This document shows, piece by piece, positions 36,737 through 50,148 of a DNA stretch of 64,000 bases. Under the pieces are notes generated by a model, which saw only the letters and a list, made by a program, of their open reading frames with translations, was not told the origin of the DNA and ran no database searches. The position numbers and the translations under genes are program-made. The stretch comes from Nymphaea colorata (Eukaryota), in the NCBI RefSeq assembly GCF_008831285.2, contig NC_045138.2:29078001-29142000 (forward strand), read 5' to 3'. Within the stretch, counting starts at the first letter, position 1. Each line of letters opens with the position of its first letter.

Positions 36737-39700
36737 CGAACATACTTTTGGATATTGCAAGATTTTTTGAGGTGTGGATTTGAGTTGCAATGAAAAGATT
36801 AGAAAGCAAAGGCAATGTGGACAACGGCTAAGCTACAGTACATGAATAATTGCAGTCTCTCAGATGGAGCATTAATTTCATGACATGATATATACCGATA
36901 CTATCTTGGAAGAAGCAGAGCAAAGATGCCTTCACAGCCCAAACATTAAAAAGAAAGAATGAACACCTTTCCTCCTTTATTGAACACATGCGGGGGGTTT
37001 TGTTACCAACACTTTCACCCACTGTCCGTCTCGAAGCAAGTTCTCTTCTTTCCCTGTGTTGGCCATTTTGTCCAAGGAATACCAACTTAGACTTAGACGC
37101 CTACCATTAGGTAGACAGAGTGAACTGAAAGAAACGACAATCAAAATTTAAGCAATTAGATGCTTCTCGTTTTAACTGCGTACCTCTTATATTATAATGG
37201 CTGTCATCACGAGGACATGGACGAAGTCACGTCAGAGCGAGCATGTAACCTCAACACCGTGTGTGATCTCCTTTATATCTCCGTCACTTTGCTTTTTTGT
37301 ACGTCCTCATCAAAATGAAAATAACATATGCATAGATTTGTGTGTTGCTCGCCAGCTTGAAGCATTTAATTAGCATGTCATGTCATGTAAATTCCGCATT
37401 CACGGTGAGTAAGGAATATCAAATCATGTATAAGTTGGAGAATTGAAATAAGCTGGCTGACAGATGGCCAACTGTTGAAACCATTTCATAAAAACATCAT
37501 AAACTATCATTAAGAGCACTATAAACTGTATATCCTATAGCATGCTGTATTTAATTAATGGCAGTTTTTTTAATATATTTTTTCATCTCACAACAATGGC
37601 AGCCGCTTTTTTTGAATTCCACCCAAGTTTTTTTTTTTTTTTTAAGTGAAGCTAATTTTATGGTAGGAGAGAAGGAAGAGTATTTCATCTTACATTTGAA
37701 GCTACCATCATTCATCCAATCTGTCGATTAAGTCTGTTTTTGGTGACTCAAGGTTCTTAATTATTTTTGGGTATTGGATAGGTCTCTCATCCGATGTTAT
37801 ATATAGGTGCCCATAACATATAAGTTTTTATTTTTATTTTCTCTTCTCTTAAATCAATTTAAAATAATTTGAATTATTTTGTGAAAGTCATGTAATACAA
37901 ATAGAGTGGTAACATATATATGACGATTTTTAAGTATATTGGCCGGTAGCAAACTGATATGACATTAAGGAAACGTCAAACCTGTCTTGTCCCATATAAT
38001 TGTCACATAGTTAAAACTTAAAAATTAATTGCTAAAAAAATATGCAGTGACTGTCTTCTATTCATAAAATCTTAAATTTTAATGTTTCGGCAACATCCGG
38101 CACACGGCAGCGCATGACACTAACACCAATTTTTTTGCAACATTGTTCTCTTCTCTTTAAAAGGAAAGCAAGCGGTAACCATACAAATCCTGAGCACCAT
38201 ACCATGGGAAGGGTTACATCAAACCCCATGTTACTGCACTTCTACTGCATTTTCTAGTTGGCATAAATAAATTAATACTAGGATATCTATATGAACTTTC
38301 GACATGCATTTAAGTCACATCTTTGCTAATTTGGAGATATATTCATGCCCCCACTTCCCAAAAAGTTATCGTTGTCCTATTACCTACGTGATTAGTTTAA
38401 TTCCTTCCATAAAATAATTAATTAAGCCGACGATATGCCACGTTAATGCGTTCATATAGGAGTTCTTTGACTTTATTTAGAAGCAGATGAAATGTCTGCA
38501 TCCCAATGATGTAGAAAGCCGCCTGCATACATGTCATCGATCATTAGTTAATATTTGATTAATTATGTTTCAGGCTGGACTAGTTATGATTTGATCAATT
38601 ATGTTTCCTGCCGGACTCTAAGCTCCCAATTAAGTTTATAGAATCCAGTTCCCTGACATTTCATGTTTGAATTAAGAAAAACTAAGTTCATTAATGGGGT
38701 TGATGTTGATACTCAAGAAACGTTGAATTAAAAAAAAAGAAGAAGATCATTAATGGGGTTGATGTTGATATTTATCAAATCTGTGGGCCTGTGGAAGAAG
38801 AATACAGATAGTGTGAGCGAAAGGATTGCGACTCACCACCGAAAAGGAGTCCGAACGCCCCCATGTTAAATGGACGCCTCTTGTGGTAATTGTGGAGCTC
38901 AAAAAAAAAAAAACAAGAAAAAAAAACAAAAAAGTCGGTCCCAAAATATCTGTCTTTGCAATTTCGCTTTTTGACTTATTGGCAGCTCTAAGATCATCTG
39001 TCCGGCAAGCTCTCAGACTGCCTCCTCCTAGAAGAAATGTCACCGTCTATATATATATATATATATATTAGTAGTTACATGTTTTATCCATGTGCTAGCT
39101 GCTAAGAATTAAGATGTAAACTCAAAATTCAAACGTCTTTAACCAAAACAAATTGTTGTGTGATCTTCCCAAAGAATTAATGAGTTAAGATTATATATAT
39201 AGCATTTAAAAAAAACGCATTTCATGACATGATTTAACTTGGGGCCTCGAAGAGCGTACATGAATACGGTTGTTTTTTTCTTTTTAAACATTATGGTTCA
39301 TTGACTCCCATATGGGAAGTTCTCCAGTACGATAATATGTTGACATGGTACTAGCGAAACACATTCACTGTATTAAAAGGATTCAATGAGTTCCATATTA
39401 TATGTCTATGCTTATGAGATTGAAGAGCATATCTTTCTTATTATATATGTTAATGACCTAACCTCAGCGTCGAGTCACTATGGCATGGAGATGCATAAAT
39501 TTCTTACTGCATTTCATTTTATGTGCGTGTTTCTCGTTGTAAGATTAACAAATATGATGAGAACTATTGTTATCCCATTTAGTGTCACAATAAAAAAAAA
39601 AAAACCATGAAAACTTTTCTCCGAATAATTCGTGAGAACTATATTCTGCAAGCTTTATTGATCTGCTGAATTAAATAAACGGCGTTGTCCTATTCGAATT

Positions 39701-40782
39701 CTTTATTGCAGTTCGTTGCGCTTTCCTGTGGCGATGAGCAGGCATACGTGTTCAATTCATGTTCTCACGTGTTTTCAATATTGAAAATCAACTCAAATCG
39801 ATCGATACCTTGTTTATACAAGTCCAATCTTGTTAACATATTCAATTAAATATTGCCATAAGCAAAATAAAGTCGAGGGAATATAATGTTCTTCTATTCT
39901 TTTTCTAATATTATTCAGAGCAAGTTAATGAAAATAACTTGACATTATTATTCCCTTTGAAATTGAAAAGGAAAAATAAAAATCCTAGCAACTTCGTGGT
40001 TGGGCATATTCCATCAGTGGTGTTCTCTGCCAACTACAGGGGGCATTGACAATGGAATCTTTTATATCAACGTGCCTTTTGTTAATATTGCTTCCGATCA
40101 TTGACAGCCACACCAAGAGTCGTCGAGTACCTTTTGAAATGGACTTCTTATTCTATATTATATTAATAAAAGACTTCATTTTCTAGCAGCAGAGGATTCC
40201 CCTTGCGCAACAAGCCACATGTTTTGTTCTAGTTAGAACCGTACAATTTGATAAATATCTGCCACTTGGATGGAAGAATGATGAAGCCAAGAAAATGATT
40301 TTTTCCTCATCAATGGTTAATCAATATTACAGTTTTGTTATTTTGGATAAGCGGCACGCCACCCCATAGGCCGAAGGAAGGCTCAAAGGCCTCTCATTCA
40401 CCTTGCTTATGAGGTCTTGGGTTGCGTCGGGACTTGTGTGAAGTAAATATGCCATTCAACTTGAGTGTCATGATCCTACTTTTTACGGTTTAGGAGAGTA
40501 ACACCCCACGAAAATTGAATAGGCGATGTGCTTTTTAGACATCCATCGAACCAACCAGCTATACTGTTTTGTTATTATTTTTTTGCAAAGAAATGACAAC
40601 CAGGTAGTAAAAGTACCCACTTTGCAGGAGAATGGGAACGGGAAAAAGAAAAGCTCTTGCAATGCATGGTTTTTTCATTTTTAATTTACAGCTCAAAGAT
40701 TTCTGGAATCGGCCCTTGAAAGCTGAGACAAAAACTGATGCTTAATTTGTTTCTCTTTACTAGCATTTTTTCACATTCGTAA

Positions 40783-41100
40783 GGGGTTAGTTGGCCTGAA
40801 GAACCGTGTTTTATGAATCTATCACAAATATTGCAGCAAATTCATAAAATACTTGTTCAAATGGTTCATGAATGTCTATTTAGTAAAGATTCATGAAATA
40901 CTCACACAATGGTCCTCATACCAAAGGACACGTAAGAGGTTGTTTGACACAAGTAACAAATTGTTACTTATCAAATGAAACTGCCTCAAAAATTGGGGCT
41001 GATTCATAAAGCCCTATAATATATTGTTTTATGAATTTAACTAAATTTGGCAATAAATCATGTGATAAAAACAATCTGTTATAGGTGCCGAACGGCTTCT
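40783..41100. mobile_element. Two abutting Tourist-like MITEs separated by TAA
   Basis: TAA-GGGGTTAGTTGG...CCAAAGGACACG-TAA-GAGGTTGTTTGACAC...GTGCCGAACGGCTTC-TAA. Confidence 0.5.
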
Positions 41101-42275
41101 AAGGTTCATTTTTTAGGAAGCTGGTGATGATATCCAGAAGGGCTTTGAGGTAAACAACTTCTGGTCTACTGGAATCATTTTTTGAAGGGTATAGAACTAA
41201 CCCCCATGAGATGGATCGCTCAATGGAGAGTTTTGAGTTAAAAGAGTTAATTTAAGTGTTGTGTTCCTTAGACATCAGCTCCATGTCATCCCCACAGAAC
41301 AATGGTAATAATAATAATAATAAACAGTAGAGACTCTACTTCACTTGCGGAATCTTTAGGTCTTTACCAGGCCTAGAGGTTAGAGGTCCATCTAATTATT
41401 TTTATATAAGGTTACTGCCCTACTCCGTATTCATGTGAACGTAAGATGCTTGCTGGAGTAATATATTTAAGAGGGAGTCACCGTCAGTATGCATGGCTTT
41501 TACTCATCTGGGAGGGGCAACTGATCTTGCACGTCACCAAGTTGATGATGTTTAATTAAACTAGTTTCCAAGTTTAAAAAACTTAATTTTGCCCTAAGAC
41601 TGAACCTGGAGTTAATTAAAATGTACGCTCAGATGGACCAGATTTGATGGCAACATTTTTTTCATGTTCTTTATTTTTATTTTTTTTGCGGATTCAATTC
41701 ATCTATAACAACTCCTTAATTTAATTAGCCAGATGATGAAATTGGGGTGAGACAAATTAAAATCAGCCGCAGCAAGATTACAAAGTCAGATTGTCTAAAT
41801 AAAATCCTGTACAGAAGGTTTTTAGGTGAGTAGAATAAGTATTTCATTTTACCGCTGAGAAAGTAGCCGAAGCACTCACTCCAACCCCTCAAGATTACAT
41901 GATATGCTTTCAGTGTATTGGGGTGCTGTTTCTGCGTCAACATGCATATCAGTAGCCCTTCTTTTGCAATACAAAGAGTCTTGATCAAATAAAAACCAAA
42001 ACCAAATAATAAAAAAAAGGCACACATTCTAACATCAGATCTGGATTCTTGGGGCGGAGTCAAATTAAGATTGGCAGGTGTTTCATTGACCATTCCTTGT
42101 AAATTCCACGTGGTCGCTGCTCTCTTTCTTACAATTACCACTTGGGAACTTCACCTGATTGTAGTTCAGCAATCAAAGCTATGACCAATCTTTTTCTCCC
42201 CGTCTATTCTACCGTTTCTCTTGCTGGTCCATACAAAACACTAAGAATTTAGAAGCATGACCAGCATGTTTATTG

Positions 42276-42317
<42 letters not shown>

Positions 42318-42407
42318 AGAGAGTCCCAAGTCTATCATATCTACAAACCCATATTTGGGTAAGTAGGCTTCGAAGTTGTGATTAATGCATGGACCAAGTA
42401 ATGCAGC

Positions 42408-42466
42408 TAGCGACAGAGCCAGAAAAATTAGTTGGAGGGGCACTTGTTTAACAACATTTATATTAG

Positions 42467-42501
<35 letters not shown>

Positions 42502-42574
42502 AATTTGTCAATATAAAAATGAAGAAATTTTAAAAAGCGGTGGACAACTCAACCCACTTGTGGCTAGGCCATTG
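42408..42574. mobile_element. hAT-type MITE, CAGTGGCRGAGCC family, degenerate
   Basis: Ends TAGCGACAGAGCC ... GGCTAGGCCATTG. Flanks AATGCAGC/ACTGCTGC (6/8). Internal (TA)n. Confidence 0.6.
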
Positions 42575-43040
42575 ACTGCTGCAGCAAGAAGGGATAGTCC
42601 ACTTGCTCCTGGGTGGACGCCGCTCAAGCCGAAAATGCTATTTTTTTTTTTTTTTTTTTGCAGGCGCCAGGAAGGTTTTCTCAAAATTTCTATACATGTA
42701 AGTTTGCAATAATTAATGTGAATAAACTCTTTTACATCTACATCTTTGGTAGCAGGCCCGCAAGTACGGTGCTTTAATGAGGCATCCAGCTTTCTCCACA
42801 ACTTCTTTCCAGTCAAACAACCCCAACCCACCGCATTCGTACTCATTGCATGCATCTATGTACACTTTGCATATATATATATATATAAGGTTTCTTTTTA
42901 TATACATGTACAAACACATATTTTTGTTGGAAGATTGTTAGAGAGTACTGAGAGAAGGGCAGAGAATAAGTATATCCAACCTTTACTGGGAGGACAGCAA
43001 AGAGAGAAGCTTGCGGACAGGGAAACCTAGCGTGCTGACC

Positions 43041-43236
43041 CAGGGGTGGAGCTAATATGGGGCCGGCAGGGGTCCTAAACCTCTTTAGTTTTTTTTTTTT
43101 TTTAAATTTACATGTAATTTTTTAAAAAACTTATTTACCATATATAAAAATTTTAAAAAAATGATATTTCAGTCCTTGTCAAAATTTTCAAATATAATTC
43201 TACATTTTTCATGAAAAATTCTTCATTCTGCCCTTA
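43041..43236. mobile_element. hAT-type MITE, CAGGGGCRGAGCC family
   Basis: Ends CAGGGGTGGAGCT ... TTCTGCCCTTA. Perfect 8-bp TSD TGCTGACC at 43033-43040 and 43237-43244. Confidence 0.85.
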
Positions 43237-43273
43237 TGCTGACCCCTTGCTGGGAGGAGCAACCATTGTTGGC

Positions 43274-43434
43274 CAGTGGCGGAGCCACACGCCCACATTA
43301 GTCTCTTAAAATTTTTTTATTTTTAAATAAACATTTTGATACACACATATATATATATATATAAAACTGTCTCACCAGATATGAGTATTTTTAAATGAGT
43401 GCCCATTCAGCCAATTTTTCTAGCTTCGCCACTA
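43274..43434. mobile_element. hAT-type MITE, CAGTGGCGGAGCC family
   Basis: Ends CAGTGGCGGAGCC ... AGCTTCGCCACTA. Flanks TTGTTGGC/CTATTGGC (6/8). Confidence 0.75.
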
Positions 43435-46400
43435 CTATTGGCCACAGCAAGCTGCGGCTGATTGTTTATCTTTCCACGTCTTTATCGTTCTTTACTACCA
43501 TTTTTCAAGGGAACCTTCCACATCTCGCGAGGGATTTGTATATATCAGGTTTTTCTTATTCTAAAAATGAGAACGTAAGGCCAAGAGTGACTACCCAACT
43601 TCCACAAATAGTAAGGATGCCCAGCTTATTTAATTCAATTTAAAAGGAACCAAACAAAACAGATTTCGCGCATGGAAAGGGAACATTGTCATTGCGTATC
43701 AAAAGGCAGCTCCCCTCATTTGTCTTCCATTTAAATTACTATTTGAAAAATGGTAGGTGAAGATATATTGCTTCCCCAATTCGTTCATTATTTTAGCCTT
43801 ATGAGCCAAGAAAAAGAGCTACCCATATTAGCGGGCAAGTGTGTTCGCAAATGTTTGCTGGTTAGATCTAGCAGGACAAGACATATTGGAGTGGTTCAGT
43901 CCTTGACACAGGACAAGATAAGTTAGGTTCGGCATTTGCCCAAGTAGGTTCTTTTAATTTGTGGTCAGGTCCAGGTCCTGGCCATACCGGCTGGTTCGAT
44001 TCCAATGGCACTGCTATACGTTGCTGTCCAAGCCATGAGGCACTTTAAAACATTGAATTTATGTATTGATTTCGGTGAACTTGGTTCTAGTTATATAAGG
44101 CAGCCCTACAAGACCCAGGTCGGTGCTCCAAGTCTAATTGAAAATTTGATAATTATGTATTTAATACCTCATAAAAATAAAAAAAATTCTAGCTCTGCAC
44201 CTAGCACAAACCTAGCCCAATTATACACCACTTAAATCACTTCACCTCTTCGTCCCTTTCACTCGCTGACCGTCATACTTTTTTTGGATAGGCAAGTTGG
44301 GGTTAGGCTGACACCTACCAGTTTGGTTGCAATATTGAATTCTTCACCTCCATTTAAAGGGTTTTAATTCTAACCCCATAGCCCTGTGGCTGGTCGATCA
44401 ATTCAGGTATACCCATTTGCTTGACAGGCACATCCGACAGTACATTTACTACTAGTTATGCGCATCTATTGTGTGTTACCCCACTAAAAGTTTTATGTGA
44501 CAATAGAAAACTAATATAACTTTTTTGTTGTGCAGCAAAGCAGCCCTAGACCCCGAAGACAGGAGAACTCCGTCTCTTTGGAGTATTTCTCTTCCTGCGC
44601 ACCACATGTCACATCCACAACCTCCTCCAATGAAATGCCCTGTGTGAAAGTAGACTGCCTGAAAACCGAAGCATTGATTTAGAGATCAAGCACTGAAAGC
44701 TGAATCGCGACACCTGTCTGATAATTATTTTTTTGGGATACCCTCCACCTCCTCTAGATATGTGCATTTAATGACGCATGCACCACCTAATTATTGGTCT
44801 CTAAGTAAGGCAAAGAACTTTATAATGAGACAAATGATGGAGTTGACGACTAAATAAAAGAAAAGATTATAATCAATAGGTGGTGGTTTGAAATGCAACC
44901 TGGGGAAGGAAAACTGGTTGAGTGGTGATGGAATTTTCAGAAATAAAAGAATATTTTAGGTGTGAAGACTAAAGTATTTGGTTATATTGGGGTTGATGGT
45001 TATGGAGGTTGTTTGGAAAAATGCAATTGAGGAGAAGATGATAGCAACTTCTTGGCATGCCATCCTCTCCATATTCTTACTAAACAAAGGATGAGGGAGA
45101 AAGTATATTATATATTGTTAGGAGAAGGAAGGTAGGGGCCGGAAGAGTAACCGGCGGGTATAACCCCCCTTCTGGCTATGAACAGCTTCAAGGAACAAGG
45201 ATTGCCAAAACTTTTTTGTTTCTTAAACATTTAATATTGACAGTTACAGAAACCGTGTCCAATAAATGCCCAAGTTGGCAAAGGGGCTTCTTTTTAGCAT
45301 TGCCAGCACATAACATTTGCCAATTTATACAAATAATAATAATAATAAGAACAGCAATTCTCTCTCTCTCTCTCTCCCACATGAAAGAGACATACATAAG
45401 CACAAAATATTTCTGCACTTAGCATTGACCACAAGCAAAGTATAGTTCATTTCTTCTCAGTTTCTTCCTACTGTGAAGATTTAGGTACATGTTCTCTTCA
45501 ATTGGTCTGAAAGAAGGAAGGAAAAGAAACAAAGTTAGGCAATTTAAGAAACATGGATCCTGCTATGTGTCTGGTTGTCCCTGCACACCTGTGATCGCTG
45601 GTCGTCATGGGACTAAATTAAGTGAAGATGGTTGTTGTCTTGGTGATCGTTCTATGGGCACCAAGATGCTAAAATGGAAACAAAACGTGAACTATGTTGC
45701 ATCTCCAACTTCTTCTTCTACTCACTTGTTCCATTATATATGTAAAATTCTTGCATTGATACTTTAGCAATTTGCATGTTTCATATTGCATCTTTGACTA
45801 TTAATTCTTTTGCTTCTCCCTGATGTATTTCTTCTAAAAGACGATAATGGTGCTTCTAACTTTTCCACAAGCAGCCAGGAAGGCGTCCTCCTCAGGCTGG
45901 CCCTGACGCCTCTAATTAATGGTTATGGACTTTATCATCCATTTTATTTAATGTAGGCGTAGGAGATGAAGTGCAGTAAATAGTGCTGCGCAGGAACAAT
46001 AATTCGCAGTACATGAGGGACAGAATGTCGTTGGAGACCATTTTGCTCGCAGTGACTGCCGTATATGCACTTAACTTCGTCTAATTTCCAAAATCACTGT
46101 AAAAAATTTATGTTTTATCATTTTAATTTGGGGGAATTCATGGTGCCCATTGATCTGTCTACTCTCATCAAAGTGTACTTTCACCTCAAAATCTGGTAAT
46201 GAGAGTCGTGGTCTCTGCCTACCGCTCTTATTTCCTTTGATGTTAACGTGAAAAAGTGAAGAAAGTCTTGGATTTTTTTCATCCGGGGTTTGATTGCTCC
46301 AACTACGATCTTATATAGTGAGTCTGTATCCTGGAGATCAGTGTAGTTGGGATGATCAGTGACAGTAAATAAAGGGCGGATAGTGACTGAAACTGTATTA

Positions 46401-47593
46401 GGTGTGGACTACGTGGTCTTGCAAGACTACCCATACTCTGTACCTTAAAGGCCTCTGTCCTCTCCGTAGCTTTCTTCTCTGTGCTAATTAATGGAGATCC
46501 CTAGTACAGGAAAACGAAGGCAAAAGGAGATCCAGATCACCAAATTTCACCTTGAACTCTTCTTTCTCGTCGCCGAGAAGCTTTCTTCCAGACTTGAGAT
46601 TGACGACCTATTTGATCATAAGATGTGTCACCAAGACACGTTTTCCCTTTTTTGGAGGTACCCATCAATTGGCTCATTGGGAAGGCTGTTGAAAGAATAA
46701 ACAATTGTGGAAGAAGAAGGGTGAGGTTGGAGATGAGAGCTTGGAGGGATGTTCAGTGGTCTGGAATGAATTTATTATCCAATTGACTCATCAGTTGTTT
46801 CTTCCTTCAGGTTGCGAGGAGGCAACCCGGGTTGAAGAAGAAGGCTCTTTTTAAAAGGAGATGTAAATATAATTGAGGTCGGATAGGGCAGCTATCGTCC
46901 CAACCTGTGTGTAGAAAAAGGACGTACGTTGTCTCTTTCCAGGCCGGAAAAGCTACAGTTTAGATTTTCCCTCATCCTTCAATATTTAATTACCACGCTT
47001 TCTCCTTCCCTTCTCCTTCCTTTGTTTCTTCTGATTTTATCCATGGCGGCAAACGATAAAAATATCCACCTTGACCTGCTTTGCATCTTTTTGGATTCAC
47101 GCTCATGGCTCCCACCGCACGTGACTCTCTCTCTCCTCCACACAGCGACTTCTTTCTCGCCTGTGAGATTGTGTGTATGTGCAGATACGGGAGGAATAAA
47201 AGGCAAAAGTCATACACACAACAGTTTGTTTTCTGCTCCATCTTTCCCAGAAAAGAAGCAGTGGGCTGGTTTTTCTCGAAATATTTATTCTCAATCTCAT
47301 GATGAGATCTTCAAAGGCCAAGAAAAACGTGATATTTTGTAAGATCATATGGTGGTGCTGCGCAATAATATCAGCACAGTTGAAAAACGGGTCTCTTTTC
47401 CTTCCCTATGACGGTGTAGGCGCGAACACGTTGTGGATTCTTTCCGAGAAAACCATTTCCCAGGTTCCGCGAGGTTTGCCACTGGTAACATTTTCCTCGG
47501 GAAAATGAGAATGCGACAAAGGCAGTAGATGAGAAATCAATGAGTTCATGCAAGTTTCTATCCCACTTGCGCTAGAAAACAACAGCAGATCAA

Positions 47594-47626
<33 letters not shown>

Positions 47627-48114
47627 GACAAAATACAGGAATGGCAATTGGCTTATTGTCCTGGCTTGGACGAAGATATGCTCTCTGCTGGTTTCTGAAA
47701 ATTGAGAGCCAGAGTCTAAGGATGGTAATTACTAATTAATAGTAAAAAGGAAGAATGAAATCAATGAGAAAAGTAGCAATTAAGTCACGCATAATGATGG
47801 GGAGCCAACCGTTGAAGAAAATGCTGGCAGCTTGCAGATACCAACTTTTTTTTTTCTTGTTTTGAGGTAGAAGCAATGGAATTGAGTACGAGCAAGAAGA
47901 AATATTTTACACCATCAACTCTTTTTTTTTTTTTCATTTCTCTCGGTCCAAAGCTGTACAGTTTATGCTCTCAGAGAGAACAGATCGGTCTTCAGAACAA
48001 GGGAAAGCGCGCCCATAGACGCAGGAGAAGAAGCGAAATGAAGAACGAGAAAGAAAGAAAGAAAAAGAAACATTGAGAGAATTACGAATGAGAAAGCCTG
48101 ACTCAGTGGTACTG

Positions 48115-48912
48115 CTAGTAACCCCACAATGGAGTTTCTAGATAGCCGTTGCCGTCGAACCCGTTTTCCGCCGTCGCCATCTGGTCAAGGAACCCGAAGT
48201 CGCCGGAGTTGGGGTACCACGCCGCGATCGATTCCGCGGCCGCCGAGAAATTTGGCGGCATGTCATACAGGAAATTGTCCTCGAACGCCGATTGGTAGGA
48301 AAAATGTGGTGCAGGGGAATAACTCCCATTCAGTGATGGCAGCTCAGTGATATCCTCATCCCCGCCGATGACATCAAAGTCGTCCGTGTCTAAAGTGGCG
48401 GGACCTGCAGCCGACGCACTTGAAGTCGGTTCCATGGCAGCCGCGGCAGCCGCGGCCGCCTGGATGTCCCGAGGAGATAATGTGGCGGGCCTAGGGAGGG
48501 AGGACGACAACTCGGGGAAATTCAGTACCGCCGTGGCGCCTTTGATGCTCAGGGCGGCGACGTCGTGGGCCCTGGCCGCCATTTCCGGCGTGGCGAAGGT
48601 CCCCAGCCAGATTCTCGACTTCTTCCTTGGTTCGCGGATCTCAGAGACCCACTTTCCCCAGTTCCTCATCCTCACTCCCCTGTACACGGGGTGCTTGGTG
48701 TCCTTTGCCTTCTTCTTCTTGGTGTTGTCTTGATCCTCTGAATTAGGCATAGGCTTTGGGTGGTGGTGGCTCGGAGTCTTGTGAATTGGCTGCTGGTGGT
48801 GGTGGGAGGAGGAAGAGGCGGTGGAGGGGGAGCGTGGGGATGATGATGATGATGAGAGTGATGCTGTGCTGCTGGCTTCTGAAGAAGCTTCTGAGATGCT
48901 AGGACCTCTCAT
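48115..48912 (-). CDS. DREB subfamily A-4 (TINY-like) AP2/ERF transcription factor, intronless, ~265 aa
   Basis: AP2 domain [52 protein letters not shown]...LNFP with DREB-type V14/E19. It is followed by the A-4-type [16 protein letters not shown] motif and an acidic C-terminus ending LW. The open frame extends to 49095, but the ATG at 48912, downstream of a TATA-like box, is the likelier start. Confidence 0.95.
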   Translation of the reverse strand: MRGPSISEASSEASSTASLSSSSSSPRSPSTASSSSHHHQQPIHKTPSHHHPKPMPNSEDQDNTKKKKAKDTKHPVYRGVRMRNWGKWVSEIREPRKKSRIWLGTFATPEMAARAHDVAALSIKGATAVLNFPELSSSLPRPATLSPRDIQAAAAAAAAMEPTSSASAAGPATLDTDDFDVIGGDEDITELPSLNGSYSPAPHFSYQSAFEDNFLYDMPPNFSAAAESIAAWYPNSGDFGFLDQMATAENGFDGNGYLETPLWGY

Positions 48913-48970
48913 GGCGACACACCTTTTCTCTGTCTCTGTATGAGGCAAAGTAGAGACTTGTGTGGTGGTC

Positions 48971-48978
48971 TTATAGCG
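48971..48978 (-). promoter_or_regulatory. Putative TATA box of the DREB gene
   Basis: CGCTATAA on the minus strand ~60 bp upstream of ATG 48912, preceded by a CT-rich tract. Confidence 0.45.
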
Positions 48979-49775
48979 TGGAAAAAGTTGGTGTCCACCT
49001 TCATTTACGCATGTGGAGAGAGAGATAGAGAGAAGGTGCGAATTAAATAAACAATTTGAAGGAGGCACTTTAATTTTTTCGTCGTTATTCATCAAGAGGG
49101 TGTAAGGCCTTTATGAGAGAGAGCTTTTTTTTTTTTTTTTTTTTTTTAAACAAAGTTTGGTATCTCAAGAGAGAGAAAGAGCATAATTATTGGACTTTTA
49201 AAAAAGAGGGATATTCATTTATTTTTTTAAGTACTTAAGATAGTGCCATCTCCTTATAAAAACGTACCACATTTTGACCTACCAGTTTAGAAAATCACAC
49301 TCGTGCTAATCAAGTATTTTACTAAGGTTCTTAAAGGCGTAAGCTTAATCTTATTAAGTCATAAAATCTAATTAGACATAAAAAGAGAGATGGCTGCTGA
49401 AATGTCATCTGTCCGTCAGATTTTATAACAACTTCAAAATCAACTGTACGAATTCTCATGTCATAAACTTTGATTTATTCATGATTATTTGTTAGGTATA
49501 TACATTCTGATCACCATTTGTTATATATATATATATATATATTAGTGACCGAAGGGTGATTGTTGTTGTCCACACTTATTATTTAACCATTTAATTAGGA
49601 CCGGTCATCTGATCCATATAGATGGTTGAGAGAAAAACTTAAGGAAAAAAATATAAACCAATACTAGATCACGAAAATTGCCATCAATTTTTTCTCTTAA
49701 TCATCCATTATGTTGCATCAAACGATCCTGATTAGATGGTTGGATGAATTTAAAAAGATAAAGTTACCATTTGAT

Positions 49776-49820
<45 letters not shown>

Positions 49821-50099
49821 AGGTGCACATCATACATCTTATCTAAATACTTCTCAATGGATCTAACCATATATGCAGTTGGATTATACATGTCTAAAAC
49901 TTAATGAAAAATTACATGTTTCGGAATACATAGATTAGTTTATACGTAAAAAAAATTTCAAAATGTTCAATTTTTTAGAGCATTTTAGGATCTGATTATG
50001 CACTAAAAAAACGATACTTTTGTTCATTATTTTCTGGCATATATGGATCACAATATCATATAGTTTGTTTTGTAGAAAGAGATGGTAAGGTAAATTGCT

Positions 50100-50148
<49 letters not shown>

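Noticed and set aside
43960..44011. tRNA gene (GGTTCGATTCC B-box)
   Set aside because: T-stem and acceptor stem do not pair; no cloverleaf.
27600..47900. Numerous 60-140 aa ORFs in the track
   Set aside because: No recognisable domains; many start at non-ATG codons or translate microsatellites and MITEs (YIYI, RERE, poly-F/K).
48913..49095. N-terminal extension of the DREB ORF (326 aa version)
   Set aside because: It runs through a TATA-like box and CT-rich promoter sequence; the ATG at 48912 is more plausible.
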